From Gammaproteobacteria bacterium (GTDB taxonomy: Bacteria > Pseudomonadota > Gammaproteobacteria > Acidiferrobacterales > UBA6901), in NCBI GenBank assembly GCA_031405715.1, contig JANNJF010000105.1:1-30913 (forward strand): 30,913 nt of DNA, written 5' to 3'. Both the position numbers and the translations under genes were made by a program. The notes under the pieces were generated by a model, which saw nothing but the letters and a program-made list of their open reading frames with translations, did no database searches and had not been told where the DNA came from. This document shows positions 1 through 8,915 of the stretch, piece after piece (position 1 is the stretch's first letter; each line of letters opens with the position of its first letter).

Positions 1-414
1 ATCGGCGAGGCCACGGCGGAAAAAGTCAAAACCGAGATCGGCACCGCCTGGCACGACAGCGAGGTACGGCAGATGGAGATCAAGGGCCGGCACATCGCCG
101 ATGGCGTGCCGCGCAGCATGGTCATCACCAGCAAGGAAGTACATACCGCCCTGGCGGAATCCCTCGCCGGCATCGTCAGCGCCATCCGCACCGCGCTGGA
201 ACAGACCCCGCCGGAACTCGGCGCGGACATCGCCGACAAGGGCCTGGTGGTCACCGGCGGCGGCGCGCTACTGCGCGACATGGACCGCATGCTGCGCGAA
301 GAGACCGGCCTGCCCATCATCATCACCGAAGACCCGCTCACCTGCGTGGTGCGTGGCTGCGGACGGGCGCTGGAGGAGACGGAATCACTGAGTGACGTAT
401 TTGTCCACGAATAA
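1..414 (+). CDS. mreB: Rod shape-determining protein MreB (3' part; 5' end outside the window)
   Basis: Frame 1 is open from base 1: [14 protein letters not shown]...GVPR...[40 protein letters not shown]...[12 protein letters not shown], which are MreB actin-fold motifs. Directly upstream of mreC. Confidence 0.97.
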   Translation: MGEATAEKVKTEIGTAWHDSEVRQMEIKGRHIADGVPRSMVITSKEVHTALAESLAGIVSAIRTALEQTPPELGADIADKGLVVTGGGALLRDMDRMLREETGLPIIITEDPLTCVVRGCGRALEETESLSDVFVHE

Positions 415-432
415 GCCCGACTGCAAACCAGC

Positions 433-1335
433 ATGCTGAATTCCCCGGGCGGATCCCTTCATCTCCCCTCGATACTGACGCGTTTCGTGGTGTTCGGCCT
501 GCTGTCCGTGGCGCTCATGATGCTGGATCATCGCGGACAGCATCTGGAGAAAATCCGCGCGGGCTTAAGCGTCGTGTTCTATCCGCTACAGGTAGTGGCG
601 GCCCTGCCGGCGCGCACCGGTGCGGCCATCATGGACTTCATCGGCGGCGATCGGGCGTTGCGTGAAAAATACCAACGCCTGAACGACGAACGTCCGCTCC
701 TGCTGGCGAAGCTGGAGAAATTCGAGGCCCTGGAGACGGAAAACAATCACCTGCGCTCGCTGCTCGGTTCCGCCGAGCGCATCGCCGAGCGCGCCATGGT
801 CGCCGAACTGATCGAGGTCAGCCAGGAGCCGTTCACGCGCAAGATCGTGCTCGCCAAGGGCAACAGCGACAAACTTTACGTCGGCCAACCCATCATCGAC
901 GCCTATGGCATCATGGGCCAGATCACCCAGGTCGGTATCCTGCAGAGCCAGGCCACCCTGATCACCGATCCGGATCATGCGATCCCGGTACAGGTCAGCC
1001 GCAATGGCCTGCGCGCCATCGTCTTCGGCACCGGCGCGCGCGATGGGCTGGCGGTGCGCTACCTCACCTCCTCCGCCGACATACAGGAAGGCGACAACCT
1101 CATCAGCTCCGGCATGGGCGGTTCATTCCCCTTCGGCTATCCGGTGGCGGTGGTCAGCCGCATCGTCAACGACCCGAATGAATCGTTCCTCGACATCAGC
1201 GCCCGCCCGGTGGCCCACCTGGGGCACAACAAAGAAGTGCTGCTGATCTGGCCGACACGCACCACCCCAGGCAGCCCCGCGCCCAAAGCGGACGCCAAGG
1301 CGGGCGGCGCGAAAAACGCCCGGCAACCGCAGTGA
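433..1335 (+). CDS. mreC: Rod shape-determining protein MreC
   Basis: N-terminal TM (FVVFGLLSVALMMLDH), coiled coil (LETENNHLRSLLG), beta-domain motifs (GIMGQIT, LITDPDHAIPVQV, LISSGMGGSFPFGYPVA). Lies between mreB and mreD. Confidence 0.96.
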   Translation: MLNSPGGSLHLPSILTRFVVFGLLSVALMMLDHRGQHLEKIRAGLSVVFYPLQVVAALPARTGAAIMDFIGGDRALREKYQRLNDERPLLLAKLEKFEALETENNHLRSLLGSAERIAERAMVAELIEVSQEPFTRKIVLAKGNSDKLYVGQPIIDAYGIMGQITQVGILQSQATLITDPDHAIPVQVSRNGLRAIVFGTGARDGLAVRYLTSSADIQEGDNLISSGMGGSFPFGYPVAVVSRIVNDPNESFLDISARPVAHLGHNKEVLLIWPTRTTPGSPAPKADAKAGGAKNARQPQ

Positions 1336-1360
1336 TGCACCCACACCCGGCACGCCCGAC

Positions 1361-1846
1361 ATGAACAATCTCACCCGCAGCCGTCTCGTGATCGCCAGCA
1401 CGTTTCTGGTCGCCATCATCCTGTCGATCCTGCCGGGTCCCGCGTGGGCCGAGCAGTTCCGCCCCAACTGGGTCGCACTGGTGCTGATCTACTGGTGCAT
1501 GGCCACCCCGCAGCGCGTCGGTGTGGGCACCGGTTGGATCATCGGCCTGATCATGGACGTGCTCTACGGATCGCTGCTCGGACAACAGGCGCTGGCCAAA
1601 ACCGTGCTGGCGTTTCTCACCCTGAAGCTGCACCTGCAGTTGCGCATGTTTCCGCGCTGGCAGCAGGCGGTGAGCGTACTGGTGCTGATCGCCACCAACC
1701 ACCTGCTGATCCTCTGGATCAAGAGCCTGGTGGGCCAGTCGCCGGCCAGCTGGACCTACTGGACCCCGAGCATCGTCAGCATGCTCATCTGGCCGTGGCT
1801 GTTCGTGATCCTGCGCGATGTACGGCGTCGCTGGCATGTAAGCTGA
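1361..1846 (+). CDS. mreD: Rod shape-determining protein MreD
   Basis: 161-aa multi-TM protein with RPNWVALVLIYW, GLIMDVLYGSLLG and LRMFPRWQQ motifs; operon position. Confidence 0.96.
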   Translation: MNNLTRSRLVIASTFLVAIILSILPGPAWAEQFRPNWVALVLIYWCMATPQRVGVGTGWIIGLIMDVLYGSLLGQQALAKTVLAFLTLKLHLQLRMFPRWQQAVSVLVLIATNHLLILWIKSLVGQSPASWTYWTPSIVSMLIWPWLFVILRDVRRRWHVS

Positions 1847-1849
1847 GTC

Positions 1850-3748
1850 ATGTCCGGCATTCAGATCAAGGATTACCTGCGCGAAACACGTTTGTTCAAC
1901 GCCCGCATCTCGGTCATCGCCGTGATTGTCGGCCTGCTGGTGCTGATGCTGTTCCTGCGCCTCGCCTACCTGCAGCTGGTCAACTACCGTTACTATGCCA
2001 CTCTGTCCCAGGACAACCGCATCAATCCGGTACCGATCCCGCCGGTGCGCGGCCTGCTGCTGGATCGCAACGGCGTGATCCTGGCGCAGAACTACCCGGT
2101 CATGACCCTGGAAATCATCCCCGACCAGGTGAAGGACATGGAGGCGCTGCTGCAGGAGCTCAGCCGCTTGGTAACGTTGAACGAAAAAGACATCAAGCTG
2201 TTCCGCAAACAGATACGCGAGCGCCCGCGCTTCGAGAGCCTGGCCCTGCGCACCCATCTCACCGACGAGGAGGCGGCGCGCTTTGCCGTCAACCGCTACC
2301 GCCTGAACGGCGCCGAACTGCGCGCGCGCCTGCAGCGGCATTATCCCCAGGGCGGTCTCGGGGTGCATGCCCTGGGTTATGTCGGGCGCATCAACGAGGA
2401 CGAAGCGGAGGCCATCGACAAAACCGCCTACCGCGGCACCCAGCACATCGGCAAGCTCGGAGTCGAAGCCAAGTACGAGGACAGCCTGCTCGGCAAGGTC
2501 GGCTTCGAGAAAATCGAGACCGATGCCCATGGTCGCGCCATCCGTACACTCGAGCGCATTGCGCCGGAGGCCGGACTCAATCTGCGCCTCAGCCTGGATG
2601 CGCGCATGCAGCAACTGGCGGAACAACTGCTCGGCAACTACAAGGGCGCGGTGATCGCCCTGGATCCCAAGACCGGCGCGGTCCTGACATTCGCCAGCAC
2701 GCCGACCTACGACCCCAATCCGTTCGTCAACGGCATCGATACCGATTCCTACCAGGCGCTGCGCGACAACCCCAACAAACCGCTGGTCAACCGCGCGCTC
2801 AACGGCAAGTACTCTCCGGGCTCGACCATCAAGGCGTTTCTCGGCTTGGCGGCGCTGGAATTCAAGCAGACCAGCCCCACCGTCTGTCCCGGATGGTATA
2901 GCCTGCCGGGCGACAGCCACCGCTTCCGCTGCTGGAAGAAGGCCGGGCATGGCCATGTCGACCTGCACACCGCCGTGGTGCAATCCTGCGACGTATTCTT
3001 TTATCGGCTCGCCGTGGCCCTCGGACCAGATCGTGTAAAAGCGTTTCTCGCTAACTTCGGATTCGGCGCCAGGACCGGCATCGACCTGCTCGGCGAATCC
3101 GAGGGGCTGCTGCCATCGCCCGAGTGGAAAAAGAGCCGCGGGCAACCCTGGTACCCGGGCGAGACTGTCATCATGGGCATCGGTCAAGGTCAGATCCTGG
3201 TGACTCCGCTGCAGTTGGCCACGGCCATGGGCAGCCTCGCCAACCACGGTATCGGCATGCAACCACATCTATTGCAGGCGATCGAGGACCCCAAGACACG
3301 CAGCGTGACACCGTTCAACCCGGCCACCGGCTACACACTCAAGCTGCTCAACCCACTGCACCTTGCGACCACCATCAAGAATCTGACCGACGTGGTGCAT
3401 GGCGAAGGTGGCACCGCCCGCGGCATCGGCTGGAATGCACCCTACAAGATCGCCGGCAAGACCGGTACCGCGCAGGTGAAGGGCATAGCCCAGGGCGAAA
3501 GCTACAACGAGAAGACCACGGCGGAACACCTGCGCGATCATGCGCTGTTCATCGCCTTCGCCCCGGTGGAGGACCCGCGCATCGCCATCGCGGTGATAGT
3601 GGAAAATGGCGGTCACGGCGGCTCCACCGCCGCGCCCATTGCGCGCAAACTCATGGACCTCTACCTGCTGGGTGCGGACCAGTCCGGCAAACCGGCAGTC
3701 ACGCCGGCGGTCGCACCCAACGTCGCACCGGAGGACGAGGCGGACTGA
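1850..3748 (+). CDS. mrdA: Penicillin-binding protein 2 (elongasome transpeptidase)
   Basis: N-terminal TM, PVRGLLLDRNG dimerisation-domain motif, SxxK (PGSTIK), SxD (QSCDVFFY) and KTG (AGKTGTAQV). Confidence 0.97.
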   Translation: MSGIQIKDYLRETRLFNARISVIAVIVGLLVLMLFLRLAYLQLVNYRYYATLSQDNRINPVPIPPVRGLLLDRNGVILAQNYPVMTLEIIPDQVKDMEALLQELSRLVTLNEKDIKLFRKQIRERPRFESLALRTHLTDEEAARFAVNRYRLNGAELRARLQRHYPQGGLGVHALGYVGRINEDEAEAIDKTAYRGTQHIGKLGVEAKYEDSLLGKVGFEKIETDAHGRAIRTLERIAPEAGLNLRLSLDARMQQLAEQLLGNYKGAVIALDPKTGAVLTFASTPTYDPNPFVNGIDTDSYQALRDNPNKPLVNRALNGKYSPGSTIKAFLGLAALEFKQTSPTVCPGWYSLPGDSHRFRCWKKAGHGHVDLHTAVVQSCDVFFYRLAVALGPDRVKAFLANFGFGARTGIDLLGESEGLLPSPEWKKSRGQPWYPGETVIMGIGQGQILVTPLQLATAMGSLANHGIGMQPHLLQAIEDPKTRSVTPFNPATGYTLKLLNPLHLATTIKNLTDVVHGEGGTARGIGWNAPYKIAGKTGTAQVKGIAQGESYNEKTTAEHLRDHALFIAFAPVEDPRIAIAVIVENGGHGGSTAAPIARKLMDLYLLGADQSGKPAVTPAVAPNVAPEDEAD

Positions 3749-3813
3749 TGGCATGCGGTCAACAAGGCCGATGGCGGCTTTGCTCCAGCCTGCTTCTGCT
3801 CTACGCTTAGGCT

Positions 3814-4896
3814 ATGAAAATTCTCGAACGCTGGCATATCGATCGACCGTTGTTTTACGCCCTGCTGATCATCGGCCTGATCAGCATCATTGTGCTGTAC
3901 AGCGCCAGCGCCAAAGACACGATGGTACTGATACGCCACGCGCTGCGTCTGGCGCTCGGCTTCGGCATACTGTTCGTGATGGCCCAGATTCGCCCGGAAA
4001 CCCTGGCGCGCTGGACGCCCCACCTGTTTGTCGTGGGTGCTGTGCTGCTGGTGGCGGTGCTGGTGGCCGGCACCACGGTCAAGGGCGCACAGCGCTGGCT
4101 GAATCTGGGCTTCGCCACATTCCAGCCGTCGGAGGTCATGAAGCTCGCCATGCCGATGATGCTGGCGTGGCATTTTTCCCGCTACCCCAGCCCGCCGAAA
4201 CTGCGTTACGTCGCCATCGGCGGCGTAATCGCGCTGCTACCGGTGCTGCTCATCGCCAAACAACCGGATCTCGGCACGGCGCTGTTGATTCTGGGCTCGG
4301 GGCTGACGGTCTTGTTTCTGGCGGGCATCAGCTGGCGCATCGTCGGCGCGGTGCTGGGCCTGGCGGCGCTCGCGGTACCGCTGTTGTGGTCGCACATGCA
4401 CGACTATCAGCGGCAACGCATCATGACCCTGCTCGATCCGTCCTCCGATCCCCTGGGCACCGGCTACCACACCATCCAGGCGATGATCGCCGTGGGCTCG
4501 GGCGGCTTCTTCGGCAAGGGTTGGCTCAACAGCAGCCAGGCACACCTCGACTACCTGCCGGAGAGCAAGACCGACTTCATCTTTGCGGTGTTTGCCGAGG
4601 AGTTCGGGCTGATCGGCATCCTGCTGCTGCTCGGCACCTATCTGTTCATCGTTGCGCGCGGCCTGCTGATCGCGTTTTACGCCCAGGAAACCTACAACCG
4701 CCTGCTGGCCGGCGGACTCACGCTGATCTTCTTCTTCTATTTCTTCGTCAACATCGGCATGGTCACCGGTATCCTGCCGGTGGTGGGCGTGCCTCTGCCA
4801 CTCATCAGTTACGGCGGCACCGCTACGGTGACGCTGATGGCGGCGTTTGGCATGCTCATGAGCATCCACACCCACCGCAAGATCGTGGCACACTGA
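3814..4896 (+). CDS. rodA: Rod shape-determining protein RodA (SEDS glycosyltransferase)
   Basis: GAQRWL, FQPSEVMK, QPDLGT, GYHTIQAMIAVGSGG, LPESKTDFIF and PLISYGG SEDS motifs; follows mrdA. Confidence 0.97.
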   Translation: MKILERWHIDRPLFYALLIIGLISIIVLYSASAKDTMVLIRHALRLALGFGILFVMAQIRPETLARWTPHLFVVGAVLLVAVLVAGTTVKGAQRWLNLGFATFQPSEVMKLAMPMMLAWHFSRYPSPPKLRYVAIGGVIALLPVLLIAKQPDLGTALLILGSGLTVLFLAGISWRIVGAVLGLAALAVPLLWSHMHDYQRQRIMTLLDPSSDPLGTGYHTIQAMIAVGSGGFFGKGWLNSSQAHLDYLPESKTDFIFAVFAEEFGLIGILLLLGTYLFIVARGLLIAFYAQETYNRLLAGGLTLIFFFYFFVNIGMVTGILPVVGVPLPLISYGGTATVTLMAAFGMLMSIHTHRKIVAH

Positions 4897-5924
4897 TGCC
4901 GCACACCACGACCGCGCCCATCGCCGGTAAATCCGCTCAGCGCTGCGCCCTGGCGTTGCTCTGGCTTATGACTCTCGCCGTCGGCACAACCCACGCCGTG
5001 GAGCGTTCGCAGTATCCGGAACTCGGGGATTTCATCCAGTACATGGTGGCCAAACACGACATGCGCGCCGCCGACCTGAGTGCGCTGTTCGCCCAGGTGG
5101 AGATCAAGCCCGATATCATTACTGCCATGGAACGGCCGAAGGAAGCGCTGCCGTGGTATGAGTACCGCAAGCTGTTCGTGACCGACGAAAGGGTGCGCCT
5201 TGGCATTAAGTTCTGGAAGGCCAATGATATAGCCCTGGCGCGCGCCGCCAGCAAGTACGGCGTCGATCCGGCGATCATCGTCGCCATTATCGGTGTCGAG
5301 ACACGTTATGGGAAGAACGTCGGTGGCTACCGCGTGCTGGATGCGCTCACCACGCTCACGTTAAAGTCCGCGGACCGCGCGGACTTCTTCCGCGGCGAGC
5401 TGGAGGAGTTTCTGCTGCTGGCGCAGGAGCTGGAGGTCGATCCGCTGAGCATCAAGGGCTCGTATGCCGGTGCCATGGGCGTGCCCCAGTTCATACCGAG
5501 CAGCTACCGGCGCTATGCCGTGGATTTCGACGGCGACCATAAGCGCAATCTTCTCACCAGCACCGCGGATGCCATCGGCAGCGTCGCCAACTATTTCAAG
5601 GCGCACGGCTGGCTGAAGAGCGAAGCCGTGACCGATGATGTCCAGATCGAAGGCAGTCTGTACAGCTGGCTGGAAAGCACCGGCAACGAACCGACCCTCA
5701 GCGTTTCGCAGCTGAAGAAATACGGCATCATCCCGATCGAGGGCATAGATCTGAAACAGCTGGCTATGCTCATCACCCTGGAGGGCGAAAGCGGACCGAT
5801 GCATCGCCTCGGTTATAATAACTTTTACGTCATTACACGCTACAATCGCAGCAAGCGTTACGCCATGGCCGTATACGAACTCAGCCGCCAGCTGCACCAA
5901 CTGTATTATGAGACATCACCGTGA
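4896..5924 (+). CDS. mltB: Lytic murein transglycosylase B family (MltB/SltB1-like)
   Basis: ATG at 4896 overlaps the rodA stop (TGATG). Signal peptide ending THA, catalytic IIGVETRYG, GSYAGAMG..QFIPSSY, EF-hand-like DFDGD and YNRSKRYAM. The 430-codon upstream extension in the ORF track is a shadow of rodA. Confidence 0.93.
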   Translation: MPHTTTAPIAGKSAQRCALALLWLMTLAVGTTHAVERSQYPELGDFIQYMVAKHDMRAADLSALFAQVEIKPDIITAMERPKEALPWYEYRKLFVTDERVRLGIKFWKANDIALARAASKYGVDPAIIVAIIGVETRYGKNVGGYRVLDALTTLTLKSADRADFFRGELEEFLLLAQELEVDPLSIKGSYAGAMGVPQFIPSSYRRYAVDFDGDHKRNLLTSTADAIGSVANYFKAHGWLKSEAVTDDVQIEGSLYSWLESTGNEPTLSVSQLKKYGIIPIEGIDLKQLAMLITLEGESGPMHRLGYNNFYVITRYNRSKRYAMAVYELSRQLHQLYYETSP

Positions 5925-6778
5925 TCACTATCCGATTGGCCTACACCGCACACCGTACCCTGCCCCTGCTGTTGCTCGCCCTGCTGCAGACGGCGTGCAG
6001 CAGCGCACCGAGCAACCGCGGCGGCTACTATCTGGACGACGGCCCGCACAGTCGGCCGCAGGTGGACGTTTCCGCCATTCCCGATGCGTCGCCGCGCAAC
6101 GATCCACGCAGTGCCAGTGGCAATAAACCCTACACTGTCTTCGGCAAGATGTATTATCCCCTCAAGGATGCCAACGGTTACCGCGAGCGTGGCATCTCCT
6201 CCTGGTATGGGAAAAAATTCCACGGCAAAAGGACCTCGAGCGGCGAGGCTTATGATATGTACAGCATGACCGCCGCGCACAAGACCCTGCCGCTGCCGAG
6301 CTACGTGCGCGTGCGCAACCTGAACAACGGCCGCAGCGTCACGGTACGCGTCAACGACCGCGGGCCGTTTCTGGACAACCGCCTGATCGATCTGTCCTAT
6401 GCCGCCGCCTCGCGCCTCGGCATCGTCGGTAGCGGTACCGGCATCGTCGAGGTCGTGGGTATCAGCCCGGACGAACCGGCATCCAGCGTTATGACGGCGC
6501 AAGCACCCGTCGCGGCGCCGTCCCCTGCGGATAACGCAGTACCGCCACGCCTGTACCTGCAGGTCGGCGCCTTCGCCAGCCGCGACAACGCCGAGAGCCT
6601 GCGAGTACAACTGGAACGTGCAGAGTTCAAGCCGGTGCAGGTACAGGTCGCGTCTCAAGACCAGACCACCCTATACCGCGTACGCATTGGACCGCTGGCC
6701 AGTGTGGATGCGAGCGACAATCTGGCCCAGCGCATCGTCGGCTATGGCATACACAACGCCTTTGTGACGGTGGAGTAA
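5921..6778 (+). CDS. rlpA: Septal ring lytic transglycosylase RlpA family lipoprotein with SPOR domain
   Basis: GTG start overlapping the mltB stop; lipoprotein-type signal (LLQTA-C); DPBB motifs (GISSWYG, MTAAHKTLPLPS, VNDRGPF, IDLSYAAA); C-terminal SPOR domain (LYLQVGAF, YRVRIGP). Confidence 0.95.
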   Translation: MITIRLAYTAHRTLPLLLLALLQTACSSAPSNRGGYYLDDGPHSRPQVDVSAIPDASPRNDPRSASGNKPYTVFGKMYYPLKDANGYRERGISSWYGKKFHGKRTSSGEAYDMYSMTAAHKTLPLPSYVRVRNLNNGRSVTVRVNDRGPFLDNRLIDLSYAAASRLGIVGSGTGIVEVVGISPDEPASSVMTAQAPVAAPSPADNAVPPRLYLQVGAFASRDNAESLRVQLERAEFKPVQVQVASQDQTTLYRVRIGPLASVDASDNLAQRIVGYGIHNAFVTVE

Positions 6779-6792
6779 GGCTGACGCAGGCC

Positions 6793-7926
6793 ATGTCGCG
6801 CTATTTTTCCTACCTGTACATCTTCCTGCTGCTGTTTTCATCCGTGGCCACGGCGGCGGAACCAACCCCACCCCAGATCGCGGCCAAGTCCTGGCTGCTG
6901 GTGGATTACCATAGCGGAAAAGTACTGGCGGAACACAAAGCCGACGAGCGCCGCGAACCCGCCAGCCTGACCAAGCTCATGACGGCCTACGTGTTGTTCA
7001 AGCAATTGCGCGCGGGAAGATTCAGCCTGGACGACAAACTGCCGGTGAGTGCCAAGGCCTGGGGCATGCCCGGTGCGCGCATGTACATCCGCTTGAACGA
7101 CAAGGTCAAGGCGGAAGATCTGATCAAGGGCATGATCGTGCAATCCGGCAATGACGCGACCATGGCATTAGTGGAATACGTGGCCGGCAGCGAAGAACAG
7201 TTTGTGGCTTTGATGAACACCGAGGCCGCGGCCCTCGGCATGGATGCCACACATTTTGCCAACGCCACCGGGCTGATCCAGGCGGAACATTACTCCAGCG
7301 CGCGCGATCTCAACCGCCTGGGCATCGCCCTGCTGCGGGAATTCCCCGACTATTATCAACGCTGGTATGGGTTGAAGGAATTCAGTTACGCCGGCCTCAC
7401 CCAGTACAACCGCAACACCCTGCTGTGGCGCGTCGCCGGCGCGGACGGCGTCAAGAGCGGGCACACACGCAGCGCCGGCTTCTGTCTGGTGGCCTCGGCG
7501 AAGCGGGACAATATGCGCCTGGTGGCGACCCTGCTGGGGTCGGCGGATGAGAAGGCGCGGGCCGAGGCCGGTCTGACCCTGCTGGAATTCGGTTTTCGCG
7601 CGTATGAGACGCGTCTGGTATACCAATCCCTCGCGCCGTCGGTGCATATACGCGTGTGGATGGGCGACATCGAGATGCTACCTGCGGGTATCGGCCAGGA
7701 TCTCTACCTGACCCTGCCGCGCGGCAGCTTCGGTAAGCTGAAGGCCAATATCGTCATCGCCCAACCGCCCACGGCCCCGATCAACTCCGGTGACACCATC
7801 GGCCAGGTGCATCTCACCCTCGATCAGGCTCCCCTCGGCGACTACCCGTTGCTGGCCCTACGCGATGTGCAACAAGGCACCCTGGTGCAGCGTCTCCTGG
7901 ACCAGGTGCACCTGTGGCTGCAATAG
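6793..7926 (+). CDS. dacA: D-alanyl-D-alanine carboxypeptidase (PBP5/6 family)
   Basis: Signal peptide; SxxK (PASLTK), SxN (QSGNDA), K(S)G (VKSGHT), HFANATGL; conserved position after rlpA. Confidence 0.9.
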   Translation: MSRYFSYLYIFLLLFSSVATAAEPTPPQIAAKSWLLVDYHSGKVLAEHKADERREPASLTKLMTAYVLFKQLRAGRFSLDDKLPVSAKAWGMPGARMYIRLNDKVKAEDLIKGMIVQSGNDATMALVEYVAGSEEQFVALMNTEAAALGMDATHFANATGLIQAEHYSSARDLNRLGIALLREFPDYYQRWYGLKEFSYAGLTQYNRNTLLWRVAGADGVKSGHTRSAGFCLVASAKRDNMRLVATLLGSADEKARAEAGLTLLEFGFRAYETRLVYQSLAPSVHIRVWMGDIEMLPAGIGQDLYLTLPRGSFGKLKANIVIAQPPTAPINSGDTIGQVHLTLDQAPLGDYPLLALRDVQQGTLVQRLLDQVHLWLQ

Positions 7927-7965
7927 CGATCCATGTGTCCCCGTACTGCACCAATTATAAGTTGG

Positions 7966-8084
7966 GGAACCTCTGAACAAGTGGCACAACCCATCTGGCT
8001 TTCGTTCCCTCACCTGTGGGTAGTGCCTCCCCGAAGGGGCCCGAAGTGCGCGGGGGAGAACAAGGGGGCTTGTTCAGAGCCTCT
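7966..8084 (+). repeat. Intergenic repeat/MITE-like element, copy 1 (short form)
   Basis: Begins GGAACCTCTGAACAAGTGGCA (same as 24885) and ends CTTGTTCAGAGCCTCT (11-bp core inverted repeat CTCTGAACAAG). Contains the GTGCCTCCCCGAAGGGG unit at 8016-8039. Confidence 0.8.
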
Positions 8085-8100
8085 CTTTCAGAGCCTCTCT
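8073..8100. repeat. Perfect 14-bp tandem duplication TTCAGAGCCTCTCT x2 at the right end of repeat copy 1
   Basis: 8073-8086 and 8087-8100 are identical. Confidence 0.9.
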
Positions 8101-8192
8101 TAGGGAGTGCGGCGGCTGACCGCTCCTTTGGCCAGTCGGAGCGCACCCCCCATATTTCGAGAATGGGGATACCAGCCTCTACGAAAAAGGCT

Positions 8193-8876
8193 TTATGCTT
8201 TCTTGCGCCGTGCGATACCGATCAACCCCAACAACCCCGAGCCGAGCAACCACGCGGCCGCCGGTAACGGCACCACCGTTGGCTGATACGAGGTCAGCAC
8301 CGTGCTGGCGCCCTTTGTTCCAAGCGCCGGCAGGCCGGTCAGATACGCCGAACCTTCGGCGCTGAACTGAGTGGCGTTGGTCTTGATGAAGAAAAAGCGA
8401 CTATCCTCGCCGGGATCGATGGCCGCCGGGGAAAAGCCGAATTGCATTTCCGTGCCGCTGGGGTTGCGGAACCCAAACGACGGGCCATCCACACCCAGCC
8501 CGTCGCTGCGCCAGTCCACGTCCGTGGTCCACGATCCAAAGTCGTTGCGCCCTGCGAGGATAATGGCGCCGTTGGAAGTGGCGTCGTTGATGATGCGGAA
8601 ATAAAAGTCGAGCGTGCCGTCGAGGGTGCTACGCACCACCCGGTCCTGGAGCGTGCCAGTGATCAAAAGCCCGCCGCCGATGTCGATGCTGAAGGGCCGC
8701 AGCGTGTCCGCGATAATCGGCCCCGCGAGTTCGGGTCGCGCCGCCGCCGTGGTACCGGACAGAAAGGAAAAGTCGCCCGGCACGAGCGATACCGCACGAG
8801 CGGGCGGAGTGAAAGCAGCCGCCATCAGCGCGGCCTGGCATAGGAATATGGCAAAAACATGTATGGTCTTTTTCAT
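8193..8876 (-). CDS. VPLPA-CTERM sorting domain-containing secreted protein 1
   Basis: Signal peptide (…AAAFTPPARA); C-terminal VPLPAAAWLLGSGLLGLIGIARRKKA (sorting motif + TM + basic tail); RBS AGGAGG upstream. Confidence 0.9.
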   Translation of the reverse strand: MKKTIHVFAIFLCQAALMAAAFTPPARAVSLVPGDFSFLSGTTAAARPELAGPIIADTLRPFSIDIGGGLLITGTLQDRVVRSTLDGTLDFYFRIINDATSNGAIILAGRNDFGSWTTDVDWRSDGLGVDGPSFGFRNPSGTEMQFGFSPAAIDPGEDSRFFFIKTNATQFSAEGSAYLTGLPALGTKGASTVLTSYQPTVVPLPAAAWLLGSGLLGLIGIARRKKA

Positions 8877-8915
8877 AATGAATCCTCCTGGTTGTCCTTG
8901 CTAGTTCACGATGTC

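Noticed and set aside
1196-3268. 690-aa antisense ORF, and similar long antisense ORFs at 10886-12124, 12247-13473, 21681-23261, 25048-26367 and 18037-19071
   Set aside because: Each lies fully opposite a well-supported gene and has no motifs. Such shadows are expected from high-GC3 codon bias.
3606-4895. 430-codon upstream extension of the mltB frame across rodA, suggesting a fusion or overlapping gene
   Set aside because: The Arg/Ala/Pro-rich alternate-frame sequence is a shadow of rodA. MltB has its own signal peptide starting at the TGATG overlap.
4896-4997. MltB lacks a lipobox Cys at the signal-peptide cleavage site
   Set aside because: Soluble periplasmic MltB-family members (SltB1-type) are well known, so this is not novel.
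7955-8267. Small ORFs across repeat copies (7955-8146, 8016-8267, 16832-17158, 24900-25088)
   Set aside because: They are translations of the GC-rich repeat elements, with no RBS or protein-like composition.
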